A DNA stretch of 64,000 bases from Myxococcota bacterium. Its GTDB lineage: Bacteria; Myxococcota_A; UBA9042; PHBI01. Below the pieces are notes generated by a model. That model made no database searches, had not been told where the DNA came from, and worked only from the letters and a program-made list of their open reading frames with translations. Positions 32,388 through 41,676 of this stretch are shown piece after piece. The stretch spans positions 6,534-70,533 of the forward strand of contig JAXLYZ010000030.1 in assembly GCA_046351155.1 (NCBI GenBank), in the 5' to 3' direction. The translations under genes and the position numbers were made by a program. Numbering within the stretch: position 1 is the stretch's first letter; each line of letters starts with the position of its first letter.

Positions 32388-33209
32388 TCAGGTGACGGTG
32401 AGGCCGGCCAGGTCGGGGGCCGGCGGGTAGCGCAGCCCGAGCTTCTCGAGCGCGTCGACGATGACGCTCGAGATGACGAGGTTGCGGTACCACTTCTTGT
32501 TGGCCGGCACGATGTACCAGGGCGCGTACGTCGTCGACGTCTTCGAGAGCACGTCTTCGTACGCCATCTGATAGGCGTCCCAGAGCTTGCGCTCCTCGAG
32601 ATCCTGCTTGTCGAACTTCCAGTTCTTCTCCGGGTCCTGCAGCCGCTCCTCGAGGCGCTGCTTCTGCTCGTCCTTCGAGATGTGCAGGAAGAACTTGAGG
32701 ATGGTCGTGCCCTCGTCGGCCAGCGTCTTCTCGAACGCCGTGATGTGCTCGTAGCGGCGCTGCCAGCGCTCGGCCGGCACCAGGTCGTGCACGCGCACGA
32801 CCAGCACGTCCTCGTAGTGGCTGCGATTGAAGATGACGATCTCACCGTTGGCCGGGGTCTGCTGGTGCACGCGCCAGAGGTAGTCGTGGGCCAGCTCGGT
32901 CGCGGTCGGTCGCTTGAACGACGCGACCTTCACGCCGATGGGGTTCACGCCCTCGAAGATGTGGCTGATGGAGCCATCCTTGCCCGAGGTGTCCATGCCC
33001 TGCAGCACGATGAGCACGCGGTGCCGCTGGTCGGCGTAGAGCAGCTCCTGCAACGCCTCGAGCCGCGCGTTGAGCTTCTCGAAGGCCTTCTCGCCGTCCT
33101 TCTTGTCGCCCACGAAGGCCGACGTGTCGCTCGCGTCCCAGCCGTCGAGGTCGACGGCGACCCCCGGCTTGACGCGGTGGCGCTCCATGTTCCCGTTCTG
33201 CGTGCCCAT
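32388..33209 (-). CDS. ppk2: Polyphosphate kinase 2 (PPK2 family, single domain)
   Basis: ATG at 33209 follows GAGGAG. Walker-A-like GMDTSGKDG, plus YLWRVH, FNRSHYEDV and WYIVPANKKWYRN. About 273 aa. Confidence 0.92.
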   Translation of the reverse strand: MGTQNGNMERHRVKPGVAVDLDGWDASDTSAFVGDKKDGEKAFEKLNARLEALQELLYADQRHRVLIVLQGMDTSGKDGSISHIFEGVNPIGVKVASFKRPTATELAHDYLWRVHQQTPANGEIVIFNRSHYEDVLVVRVHDLVPAERWQRRYEHITAFEKTLADEGTTILKFFLHISKDEQKQRLEERLQDPEKNWKFDKQDLEERKLWDAYQMAYEDVLSKTSTTYAPWYIVPANKKWYRNLVISSVIVDALEKLGLRYPPAPDLAGLTVT

Positions 33210-33621
33210 GACGTGTGCTCCTCGGAGCGCGGCCGCGGCCGGCTCCGGGGCCAGCATAAGCCGACGTTGACCTGTGCGCCACGGGGGGCTAGACGAGCAG
33301 GCAGAACGCGGATGGCGCCCGAGGAAGCTGGTCTGAAGCCAGCACTGCCCCCGCAACTGTAGCCGGTCGCGCGGCGTGGTCCGAGAGGACGCCGCCGCGC
33401 ACGGTCCTGCAACCCGCTCGGGACGCCGCTCTGCGGCCCCCGGCGGGAGTCACTGGCGCGAGCTGGGAAGGCGCAGGATCGCGAGCCGGAAGTCAGGACA
33501 CTCGGCGCCACGCCGCACCGTGCTGCGATGTCGGTGGGACGTTGCGGCGGGTCCGGTCGCTCGGAAGGTCCGCGCGCGCGCTCCCGTCATTCGTCCCGTC
33601 GGCCTCGCTCGAGAGGCCATC

Positions 33622-34050
33622 ATGATGATGACGAGGATGATGCTGACGATGACGGTCGTCGCGGCAGTCGGGGCGCCTGGCTGCGACGATGGTGACGGGA
33701 CGACGAACGACGGACCGATCGAGCTCGTGGGCAGCTGGTCGAGCGCGTTCGGCGACGAGACCATCACCGCCACGCGCTGGGACGGCTTCTGCCTGCAGAA
33801 GATCGCCAGCCACGACAACGGCGCCAACGTGGCGGTGCTCGAGACCGACGGCGGCGAGGGCTGCGGCACCGGCTTCAACCGGGTCGTGTGGCTCGAGCCG
33901 AGCGGCGACAGCTTCTACTACTGCACCACCGCCTTCGGCGCCGAGAGCGCCGCGGCCGCCGCCAATGCGCCCGAGCAGGGCGTCGACCGGGGCGACACCG
34001 CGGCCGGTTGCGCGGGCTTCCCGTGGTCGCAGCTCACGAAGAAGCCGTGA
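33622..34050 (+). CDS. Small secreted lipoprotein, function unknown
   Basis: ATG at 33622 follows GAGAGG and gives MMMTRMMLTMTVVAAVGAPGC (lipobox). 142 aa. Confidence 0.75.
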   Translation: MMMTRMMLTMTVVAAVGAPGCDDGDGTTNDGPIELVGSWSSAFGDETITATRWDGFCLQKIASHDNGANVAVLETDGGEGCGTGFNRVVWLEPSGDSFYYCTTAFGAESAAAAANAPEQGVDRGDTAAGCAGFPWSQLTKKP

Positions 34051-34150
34051 GCCCCGGGCCGGGGGAGGGCGCTCGTCCTCCCTCGGCCGCCTCGGGTCGG
34101 CCTGCTTCGACCCGGCGACTGTGGTAGCGTGTCGGCCGCAGGAGGTGGAC

Positions 34151-35431
34151 GTGAGCAGGCTCGTCTTCGTGGTCGCCCTCGCCGGGCTCGGCGCTTGTGA
34201 CGTGATGGCCGGCGCGGACGTCGCGGCCATCGGGAACCCGAGCGACAGCGCCGCGAGCGACGCGTCCGACGCCGCCGACGCCAACGACGCGACCGACGAC
34301 GGCGCGGTCGACGACAGCCACGCGACCGACGACAGCCATGCGACCGACGAGGTCGCCGACGACGCGGTGAGCGACAGCGCCGACGGCGCCGATGCCGCGC
34401 CGCGCGACTTCGGCCCGCCCGTGCCGGCGCAGCTCGCGGCCGCGCTGCAGGCGGTGCTCGACGCGCACTTCGGCGACGTCCACGCCGCCGGCGCTGCCAT
34501 CGGCGTGCGCCTGCCCGACGGCTCGTGGTGGGAGGGCGTGGCCGGCGAGGCGTGCTTCGATCCCGAGTCGAAGGTCGCGGTCGGCGATCGCTTCCGCCTC
34601 GGCAGCATCACCAAGACCTGGGTCGCGGCGGCGACGCTGCAGCTCGTCGACGAGGGGCGGGTGAGCCTCGACACGGCGGTCGGCGAGGTGCTGCCGGACT
34701 TCGACTTCGACCCGGGCGTCACCGTCCGGCGCTGCCTGTCGCACACCACCGGCATCTTCGATCTCACCGACGACGTGACCTCGGTCGAGGCCGACTTCTC
34801 GAAGCCCATCGACCCCGGTGAGATCGTCCGCCAGTCGCTGGCGCACGGCCCGGACTTCGCGCCTGGCCAGGGCTACGAGTACTCGAACACCAACTACTTC
34901 ATCCTGGGCCTGCTCATCGAGGCCATCACCGACGAGCCCATCGCCAAGGTGCTGCGCGAGCGCTTCCTCGACCCGCTCGAGCTGCACGACACCTTCCTCG
35001 AGGACGCCGAGCCGGCCACCACCACCTTCGTCTGCGGCAACGTGCGCGACGTCGACGTCACCCACCTGCTCGACATGTCGTGGACCTGGGCCGCCGGCGC
35101 CATGGTGTCGAGCACCGGCGACATGTGCCGCTGGGCCGACGCGCTGTGGCGCGGCGGCGTCCTGCCGCCAGCCTTGCGCACGGCCATGATGACCCCCACC
35201 GTGCTGCCCGACGGCCGCACCATCGGCTACGGCTTCGGCACCAAGCTCGAGACGCGCGGCGTGCCGGTGGTCGGCCACAACGGACAGACGCTCGGCTTCC
35301 AGAGCGAGCTCTTCATCGACCCGGTGTCGGGCCTGTGCGTGGCGGTCCTGGCCAACGACTTCGGCGCCAGCCCCGAGGCGCTCGGGCGGCCGGCCTGGGA
35401 CGTGCTGGTGCCGGCGCTCGACCTGCCCTGA
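34151..35431 (+). CDS. Serine hydrolase, beta-lactamase / D-Ala-D-Ala carboxypeptidase family (class C-like)
   Basis: GTG at 34151 follows GGAGG and gives VSRLVFVVALAGLGAC. SxxK motif as LGSITKTW and YxN motif as YSNTNY. Sits within track ORF 33689..35431. Confidence 0.88.
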   Translation: MSRLVFVVALAGLGACDVMAGADVAAIGNPSDSAASDASDAADANDATDDGAVDDSHATDDSHATDEVADDAVSDSADGADAAPRDFGPPVPAQLAAALQAVLDAHFGDVHAAGAAIGVRLPDGSWWEGVAGEACFDPESKVAVGDRFRLGSITKTWVAAATLQLVDEGRVSLDTAVGEVLPDFDFDPGVTVRRCLSHTTGIFDLTDDVTSVEADFSKPIDPGEIVRQSLAHGPDFAPGQGYEYSNTNYFILGLLIEAITDEPIAKVLRERFLDPLELHDTFLEDAEPATTTFVCGNVRDVDVTHLLDMSWTWAAGAMVSSTGDMCRWADALWRGGVLPPALRTAMMTPTVLPDGRTIGYGFGTKLETRGVPVVGHNGQTLGFQSELFIDPVSGLCVAVLANDFGASPEALGRPAWDVLVPALDLP

Positions 35432-35441
35432 GGCGCGCGCG

Positions 35442-36791
35442 CTACGACGACGCCGTCAGCACCGGGGCTTCGGGCAGCGGCAGGAGCGGCAGCAGATCGC
35501 CGATGAGGTAGAGGCTGCCGGTCATGAGCACGCCGCCCTCGGGACCCGCGATGCTGCGCGCGCTCATGAGCGCCCGCGCCGCGTCGGGGTCGTGCACGAG
35601 GTGGCGCACGCCCGCCTTGCGAGCCATCGCCAGGTAGGGCGCGAAGTCGCTGACCGGGCGCGCCGACGACGACGTGAGCACGACCGCGTCGACCTCGCGC
35701 GACAGCGTCTCGATCATGCGCGCGACCTGCTTCTCGGGGTTCACGCCGAGCAGCAGCACGCGCGGGCGCTCGGGCAGGAACGCCGCGACGTGGCGCGCCA
35801 GCGCGCGCGCGCCCATGGGGTTGTGGGCGCCGTCGACGAGCACGGCCGGCCAGCCGGCGGTCGACTCGTGGCGCTCGAGGCGGCCGCGGTGGCGCGCGCG
35901 CAGGAGACCCTCGGCGATGTGCACCGGGCGGATGCGCAGGCCGCGATCGACCAGCGCCTCGGCGGCGGCGCAGGCGAGCGCCGCGTTCTGGCCCTGGTGC
36001 ACGCCGCGCATGCCGAGGTGGACCGGCCCGACGCGGTGCATCCAGCCGCGATAGCGGAAGCCGCCCTCGAGCCAGGTGTGCAGGAAGTCGACGCCGGCGC
36101 GGCGCGCGTGCGCCTTCTTGTCGACGCACCAGGGGCCGACCACCTCGCGCCAGAGGCGCGGCGCGCAACCGATGATGGCGGTGGCGCCGGGCTTGATGAT
36201 GGGCACCTTCTCGCCGGCGATGAGCGTCGTGGTCTTGCCGAGGATGCGCTCGTGGTCGAGGCCGATGCGCGTCAGCACGGCGACCTCGGCGTCGACCACG
36301 TTGGTGGCGTCGAGGCGGCCGCCCAGCCCGACCTCGAGCACGGCGATGTCGACCTGGCGCTCGCGGAAGTAGCAGAGCGCCATCACCGTGAGCACCTCGA
36401 ACTGCGTCAGCGGGATGGCCGGCGCCTGGTCGATGGCTTGCTGCACGATGGCGGCCTGCACGGCGAAGTCGCGCGGCAGGATGGTGTGCCCGCCGATGCG
36501 GATGCGCTCGGTGATCGAGACCAGGTGCGGCGAGGTGTAGAGGCCGGTGCGGTAGCCGGCGGCGTGCAGCATCGCGGCCAGGAAGGTCGAGGTCGAGCCC
36601 TTGCCGTTGGTGCCGCCGACGATGACCGCGCGCATGCCGACGTGCGGATCGCCGAGCCGCGCCAGCGCCTGGCGCACGCGCTCCAGGCCGAGCTGGATGC
36701 CGCGCGGCGCAAGCGCGTCGAGCCACGCCTGGGTGGCTTGGAAATCCGGCTCGGCGCGCGCGCTGAGACCCCTGGGTTGAGACCCGCCCAT
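35442..36791 (-). CDS. folC: Bifunctional folylpolyglutamate synthase / dihydrofolate synthase
   Basis: ATG at 36791 within track ORF 35442..36959. P-loop GGTNGKGST and Mur-ligase-family layout (LEVGLGGRLDATN, DGAHNP). Confidence 0.92.
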   Translation of the reverse strand: MGGSQPRGLSARAEPDFQATQAWLDALAPRGIQLGLERVRQALARLGDPHVGMRAVIVGGTNGKGSTSTFLAAMLHAAGYRTGLYTSPHLVSITERIRIGGHTILPRDFAVQAAIVQQAIDQAPAIPLTQFEVLTVMALCYFRERQVDIAVLEVGLGGRLDATNVVDAEVAVLTRIGLDHERILGKTTTLIAGEKVPIIKPGATAIIGCAPRLWREVVGPWCVDKKAHARRAGVDFLHTWLEGGFRYRGWMHRVGPVHLGMRGVHQGQNAALACAAAEALVDRGLRIRPVHIAEGLLRARHRGRLERHESTAGWPAVLVDGAHNPMGARALARHVAAFLPERPRVLLLGVNPEKQVARMIETLSREVDAVVLTSSSARPVSDFAPYLAMARKAGVRHLVHDPDAARALMSARSIAGPEGGVLMTGSLYLIGDLLPLLPLPEAPVLTASS

Positions 36792-37011
36792 CGCGCCAAG
36801 GTACAGGCGCGCCGGGAGCGCGGCAATCGCGTTCGCGCGGGCCGCGGCCGACGAACGGCGCGCCGGACGGCGCGCGATCGGCGCGCGCGTCGGCCAGCGA
36901 TGCGGCTCTCCTGACCGCGAGGCGAACGCGCGATGCTTGATCGTTTTCGCGGCTGGCACGTAGTGTCCGCCTCATCCGGGTCGGTCTTCTCCGCATACGA
37001 ACGAGGTCGTC

Positions 37012-38280
37012 ATGAGCCAGGACCTTCACGCGCGCGCGCCCCAGCCGGCCGCACCATCGAATGCCGCACCCGCGTCCACCGCGCCGGCGTCGGCCGCGAT
37101 CGTGCAGCGCAAGGCCGCACTGCGCGGCCAGCCGTTGGCGGTGCAGCTCGAGCGCCTGGCGCCCGGGTCGGCCGCGGAGGGCGGCGCGCAGGACGTGCAG
37201 GCGATCGCCGCCGAGGGCGTCGCCGGCTCGGGCGGATCGCTGCCGCACGGCGCCGCCATCCAGAAGAGCTTCGGCGGCCACGACCTGGGCGGCGTCCGCG
37301 CCCACACCGGAGGCCAGGCCGGCCAGGCCAGCGCGGCCATCGGCGCCAAGGCCTACGCCAGCGGCGATCACGTCGCCTTCGACGGCGCGCCCGACATGCA
37401 CACGGCGGCGCACGAGGCGGCGCACATCATCCAGCAGAAGCAGGGCGTGCAGCTCAGCGGCGGCGTCGGGCAGGCGGGCGATCGCTACGAGCAGCAGGCC
37501 GACGCCGTCGCCGACGCGGTGGTCGCCGGCAAGTCGGCCGAGGGGCTCCTCGGCGCGCCGTCGGGCGGCTCGGCGCGCGCGGGCGGGGCGGCTGGGCCGG
37601 TCCAGCGCAAGCTCGCCTTCGACGGCAAGACCAACTACCTCGACGCCGCGACCAACTCGAAGCTGTCGCGCTTCGGCGTGCTGGTCGACATGCAGTCGAA
37701 GTGCAACACCGCGCTCGGCGAGACGGTGACCATCGGCGTCAGCGAGGAGAAGCGCGCCGGCGCCGCGGCCGCCTTCATCCCGCGCGAGAAGCGCGTCGCC
37801 ATCGCGCCGATGCCGGAGGCCAACGAGGGCGACAAGGCCACGCTCAACGGCATGGAGGTCACCGATCGCGCCATCGCGCTGAGCCACGAGCTGCAGCACG
37901 TCTTCGACGCCTACGATCCCAACGGGTCCTTCGACCTGCGCGAGGCGATGCAGGCGCCGGCCGCCGACAACTGGCAGCAGACGGTGCGCTCCGAGTGGCA
38001 CTCGCACGCGCGCCAGGCCAAGGCGGCCAAGGAGCAGAGCGACCAGGACCGCAAGGTGCCGGTGCGCCACAGCGGGCTCCTCAAGGCGTGGACCAAGGAC
38101 ACCTTCGACCGCGCCAAGAGCGACCCGACCGACGGCATGTTCAAGTGGACGCGCGACTACATCGGCCTCTACAAGTACCAGGGCAAGAAGGCCGCGACCG
38201 ATGACGAGACCGAGCGCTTCATCACCTCCAAGGCGAGCTGGGTCGGCGAGGCCTTCGCCATCCTGCCGGCGCAAGGCTGA
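37012..38280 (+). CDS. DUF4157 (zincin-like) domain protein with a second HExxH-containing C-terminal domain; effector-like
   Basis: DUF4157 signature: [50 protein letters not shown]...[11 protein letters not shown] followed by [13 protein letters not shown] second HExxH appears as [11 protein letters not shown] (nt 37885-37899). No signal peptide. Confidence 0.88.
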   Translation: MSQDLHARAPQPAAPSNAAPASTAPASAAIVQRKAALRGQPLAVQLERLAPGSAAEGGAQDVQAIAAEGVAGSGGSLPHGAAIQKSFGGHDLGGVRAHTGGQAGQASAAIGAKAYASGDHVAFDGAPDMHTAAHEAAHIIQQKQGVQLSGGVGQAGDRYEQQADAVADAVVAGKSAEGLLGAPSGGSARAGGAAGPVQRKLAFDGKTNYLDAATNSKLSRFGVLVDMQSKCNTALGETVTIGVSEEKRAGAAAAFIPREKRVAIAPMPEANEGDKATLNGMEVTDRAIALSHELQHVFDAYDPNGSFDLREAMQAPAADNWQQTVRSEWHSHARQAKAAKEQSDQDRKVPVRHSGLLKAWTKDTFDRAKSDPTDGMFKWTRDYIGLYKYQGKKAATDDETERFITSKASWVGEAFAILPAQG

Positions 38281-38283
38281 CGC

Positions 38284-38832
38284 ATGAGCTTCCTCACTCG
38301 CACGAGCTACGACCCCGACGTCGACCCGAACCCGTACGCGCTGGCCCACGCGCTGCGCGAGGCGTGGGAGGCCGAGGCGTGGGAGCGCATGGGCGCCCTC
38401 TGCCGCGACGACGTCGTGCTGGAGGGACCGACGCCCGGGCGCGTCGTCGGCCGCGTCGCGGTGGTGGCGCTGTTCCGCGAGGGGCGCCGCTTCCCGGGCA
38501 TGACCGGCTCGGACCACCGCCGCACCGTCGCCGGCGAGGACGTGGCCATCCAGGTCTACGACGTCTACATCGCGCACGAGCGGCGCGTCACCGTGACCGA
38601 CATCCTCAGCGTGCGCGACGGGCGCGTCGCGCAGTGGCAGACCTTCGACAGGCCTGGCCGACCTAGCCGGGCGCGGCGCGAGCCGCGTCGTCACAGGCGG
38701 ACCAGCCCGCACATGGGCGGCACGCACACGCTCGAGAGCGGCTCGATGCCGCAGCCGAGGCCGACCGGGCACACGTCGCCACAGATGTCGCCCGGGCCGT
38801 CGACGACCATGCAGAAGCTCTCGCCCGGGTAG
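38284..38832 (+). CDS. Small NTF2/SnoaL-like protein, coupled to the DUF4157 gene; 3' end uncertain
   Basis: The ATG lies 3 nt after the upstream stop. The first ~125 aa look like a compact alpha+beta NTF2-like domain (...VAIQVYDVYIAHERRVTVTDILSVRDGRVAQWQTF). The ORF tail after about 38650 is Arg/Pro-rich and overlaps the convergent gene by about 140 bp, so the true stop is probably earlier or in another frame. Confidence 0.6.
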   Translation: MSFLTRTSYDPDVDPNPYALAHALREAWEAEAWERMGALCRDDVVLEGPTPGRVVGRVAVVALFREGRRFPGMTGSDHRRTVAGEDVAIQVYDVYIAHERRVTVTDILSVRDGRVAQWQTFDRPGRPSRARREPRRHRRTSPHMGGTHTLESGSMPQPRPTGHTSPQMSPGPSTTMQKLSPG

Positions 38833-40102
38833 CGCTCGGCGCACTGGAGGCCGCCGCGGCAGCCGTCGCTGCCGGAGCAGCGCTCGCCTTCGCCGGCGCG
38901 CGCCGCGCACACGCCGGGCAGGGCGCACTGCGCGTCCGGGCCGCAGCTCTCGAAGGCGGAGCACGGCGCGCCGAGCGGCGGGAGCGGCTGACGGCTGGTG
39001 GCGCCGGCGCCGTCGACGGCGCAGCCGAGGCCGCTCGCGCACGTCGCCGCGCCGAAGGTGCACGGCTCGCCGAGCCGGCCGGGCGGGCCGCAGCGGCCCT
39101 CGACGCAGGCAGCCCCGGCTTGCAGTCGAGGCCGCCGTTCTGGCGCGACAGGCAGTCGTCGCCCGCGCCGGAGCGGCTCGGCGCAGCGCAGGTCGGTGAA
39201 GTCGCAGACGGGGCCGGGCGCGCAGCGCGGCGTGCGCGGCACAGCTCGCCCACGTGCGGCAGCGGCGCGCAGCCGGGTGCGCGGTGTAGCCGCAGAACTC
39301 GTCGTCGGCGCAGTCGTGGTCGGCGGCGCACCAGCCGTCCTCGAGCGGCAGGCAGTGGCGCGTCAGGGCGAGCTGACACAGGGAGCCGTCCTCGCAGAAG
39401 CGCCCGACGGTCGAGGCCATGGGGCGCCGAAGGTCGGCACCGGCCGCGGCGCGGTGGAAGGCGCAGCCGGCGCCGGGCGTGCACTCGCTGTGGCGCGAGC
39501 GGCGGCGCGCAGTCGCCGTCGATGCTGCGAAGTCGCCCTCCGGCCGCGGCACGCCACACCGACCCGGCCGCGCAGCGCAGCCCGCGGCCGCACAAGCCGC
39601 CCGCCGTGCACGGCTCGCCCGAGCGCGGCAGCGCGTCGCCCCCGCTCGGGACGAGGAGCCGGCACTCGGCCGCGAAGGTGCGATCGTCGGGCACGTCGCA
39701 GGTCGCGAGCACCTGGTCGAGCAGCTCCAAGCAGCGCGGCGCGGCGTCGCGCGACACGAGGAAGTCGCCGACGATGCCGCGCGCCGCGGTGCCCAGATCG
39801 CGCCGGCACTGCGCGACGGTGTAGGCGACGCAGTCGGCCGGCCAGGACGGCGACGCGGTGCAGCCGCAGATCTCGGCGCTCCGGCACACGCGCTCGGCGA
39901 AGGGCTCGCACCAGGGCGCATCGAGCAGCGCCAGCGCGGCGTCGATGGGGTCGTCGGGCATTGGCGTCCGGAGGTCGGAGCCGTCGCCGCACGCGCCGGC
40001 GAGCGCGACGACCGCCGTGAGCGCGGCGAGCGTCCCGAGCCTTGCGACCTGGAGGCCGGGCGACCTTGCGCTGCGGAGGCGGTGGCTCATGTGCGCGAGC
40101 AT
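38691..40102 (-). pseudogene. Cysteine-rich secreted lipoprotein; reading frame broken at least three times as sequenced
   Basis: ATG at 40102 or 40090 gives MSHRLRSARSPGLQVARLGTLAALTAVVALAGAC (lipobox). Protein-like Cys-rich sequence then moves between frames. First ...GEPCTAGGLCGRGLRCAAGS (frame of 38663..40168). Then ECTPGAGC...RFCEDGSLCQLALTRHCLPLEDGWCAADHDCADDEFCGYT (frame of 35227..39921). Then CVEGRCGPPGRLGEPCTFGAATCASGLGC...GERCSGSDGCRGGLQC...CGLVRL (track ORF 38691..39242). Confidence 0.65.
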
Positions 40103-40198
40103 AGCCCAGGCGAGCCCCCGCACATCAAGCGCTTTGCTCGCGCGGGCCCGCGGCCGCGAATATGACAAATTCCGTCGGGCAGCCTCCCCGCGGTCCGG

Positions 40199-40627
40199 TC
40201 AAGGATGCGGCGGCGGCTCGCTCAGGTAGACGAGGCAGGCGCCCCAATAGCCTTCGAGCGTCGAGGTGCTGCCGCTCACGTGGCCGTGGCCGTCGCTGCT
40301 GGTGTTGCCCACGACCTTGTCCGAGCTGCCGTTGATGGCCACCGCGTCGCAGCCGATGGCGGCCGCGCGCGCGCGCATCTCGCGGATGATCTCCGGCATG
40401 TCGTCGACCGACAGCTCGCTCTCCTGGCGCGCCGTGAGGATGCCGACCTCGGTGTAGGGGACGTTCGGCACGCCGGTGGTCCACACCTCGACGGTGGACG
40501 GGTCGCGCGGCACCAGCCGGCGCGGCGACGGGTTGGTGGCGACGAACTGGGTCTGCGTGCCGCAGGCCGAGAGGACGCTGGCGCTGAGGACGCCGGCAGC
40601 GAAGAGGATGGGCCACGAGGTCGTCAT
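40199..40627 (-). CDS. Small lipoprotein, function unknown
   Basis: MTTSWPILFAAGVLSASVLSACG (lipobox). 142 aa with ordinary composition. Confidence 0.8.
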   Translation of the reverse strand: MTTSWPILFAAGVLSASVLSACGTQTQFVATNPSPRRLVPRDPSTVEVWTTGVPNVPYTEVGILTARQESELSVDDMPEIIREMRARAAAIGCDAVAINGSSDKVVGNTSSDGHGHVSGSTSTLEGYWGACLVYLSEPPPHP

Positions 40628-40771
40628 TTGAGATGCTCCGTTCAGTCCGACGCGCGCAGGCTAGCCTCGCTCGCGCCGTCTGTACACCCCTGCGTGGGCG
40701 TGCCCGGGGCGCGGCGCGCCTTCCGCATCCCGGCGCTCGCATTCCCCGGCACGCGGAGCGAAGATGCCCGC

Positions 40772-41676
40772 ATGGTCTTCACCCACCTCGTCGCCGGTCT
40801 CGATCTCACCTCGCGCGCGCAGCGCGTCGCCGCCTTCGCCGGCGGCCTCGCCAAGGACCTCGGCGCGTCGCTCACCTTCGTCCACGCCGACCCGGAGGAG
40901 GCGGCGCGCTTCCGCTCGCTGCCCGCCTGGGAGGTCATCGAGCGCGCCATGGCCGCGGTGCGCGCCAGCGCCAGCCAGAGCGCCAGCATCGCCGCCGGCG
41001 GCGCGTCGACCATCGTGCAGCGCGTCGGCTCGCCCGAGGCGGTGCTGCAGACCGAGGCCGAGCTGAAGGACGGCTCGGCCATCGTGCTCGGCACCGGCGC
41101 CACCGGCGCGACCCCCGACGTCGGCGTCACCACCACGCGCTGCCTCCGCCACGTGACGGTGCCGATGTTCATCGTGCCGACCCACGAGGGCGTCGAGCCC
41201 AAGCCCGTGCGCCACGTGCTGGCCCCGGTCGACTTCGAGCGCGGCACCGACGAGGGCCTCCACCTCGCGGCCGAGCTGGCCAAGGCGCTCGGCGCCAAGC
41301 TCACCGTCGGGCACGTGGTGCGCCCGCCAATGCTGCTCGGCGTGCTCGGCGCGCGCGAGCACGAGGCGCTCGTCCCCGGCGCGCTGCGCGACATGGTGCG
41401 CGGCGCCGACGCCGAGCTCATCCGGCGCCTGCGCGCGGCCGACCTCGGCCACGCCCACACGCGCGTCATCGAGGCCGTGCGCGCCGCCGACGGCATCGCC
41501 GCGCTGGCCGACGAGGTCGGCGCCGATCTCATCGTCCTGCCGAGCCACGGCCGCGGCGCCGAGCGCGGTTCTTCCTCGGCTCGACCAGCGAGCGCCTGGT
41601 GCGCATGTCGAACGTCGCCATGCTGGTGCTGCCGCCGACCTGGCTGGCCGAGCGCGGCAAGGCCGCCACCGTCTAG
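40772..41676 (+). pseudogene. Tandem-domain universal stress protein (UspA family); one frame break near the 3' end as sequenced
   Basis: ATG at 40772 (MVFTHLVAGLDL...) within track ORF 40205..41710. After ...IVLPSHGRGAERG the sequence continues in track ORF 40633..41676 as FFLGSTSERLVRMSNVAMLVLPP, the typical Usp C-terminal G-x-x-G...S motif. One extra G at GCGGTT (41565-41570) restores the frame. Confidence 0.8.

Noticed and set aside
29056-32430. 1,124-aa plus-strand Arg-rich ORF, and other long alternate-frame ORFs (for example 3683..6151, 52051..56679, 1872..3983, 7407..9464)
   Set aside because: These are alternate frames of well-supported genes. They have extreme Arg/Gly/Ala/His content and no motifs.
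33210-33621. 411-bp divergent spacer between ppk2 and the lipoprotein gene as a possible ncRNA or riboswitch
   Set aside because: Apart from one short hairpin (GCTGG-N7-CCAGC), I saw no extended structure, conserved motif or terminator. There is not enough evidence to report it.
36954-36975. TGGCAC (sigma-54 -24-like) upstream of the DUF4157 gene
   Set aside because: The expected -12 element TTGC(A/T), 5 nt downstream, reads GTCC. The essential GC dinucleotide is not in register.
35227-39921. 1,564-aa minus-strand ORF spanning folC, the DUF4157 gene and the Cys-rich gene
   Set aside because: It is almost entirely Arg/Ala/Pro-rich and crosses several well-supported genes on both strands. Only a short segment (about 39270-39500) coincides with real coding sequence of the disrupted Cys-rich gene.
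38663-40168. 501-aa track ORF taken at face value as one intact gene
   Set aside because: Only its first ~190 codons are protein-like. The remainder is Arg/Ala/Ser-rich, while Cys-rich sequence continues in the other two frames. It is reported instead as a disrupted gene spanning 38691-40102.
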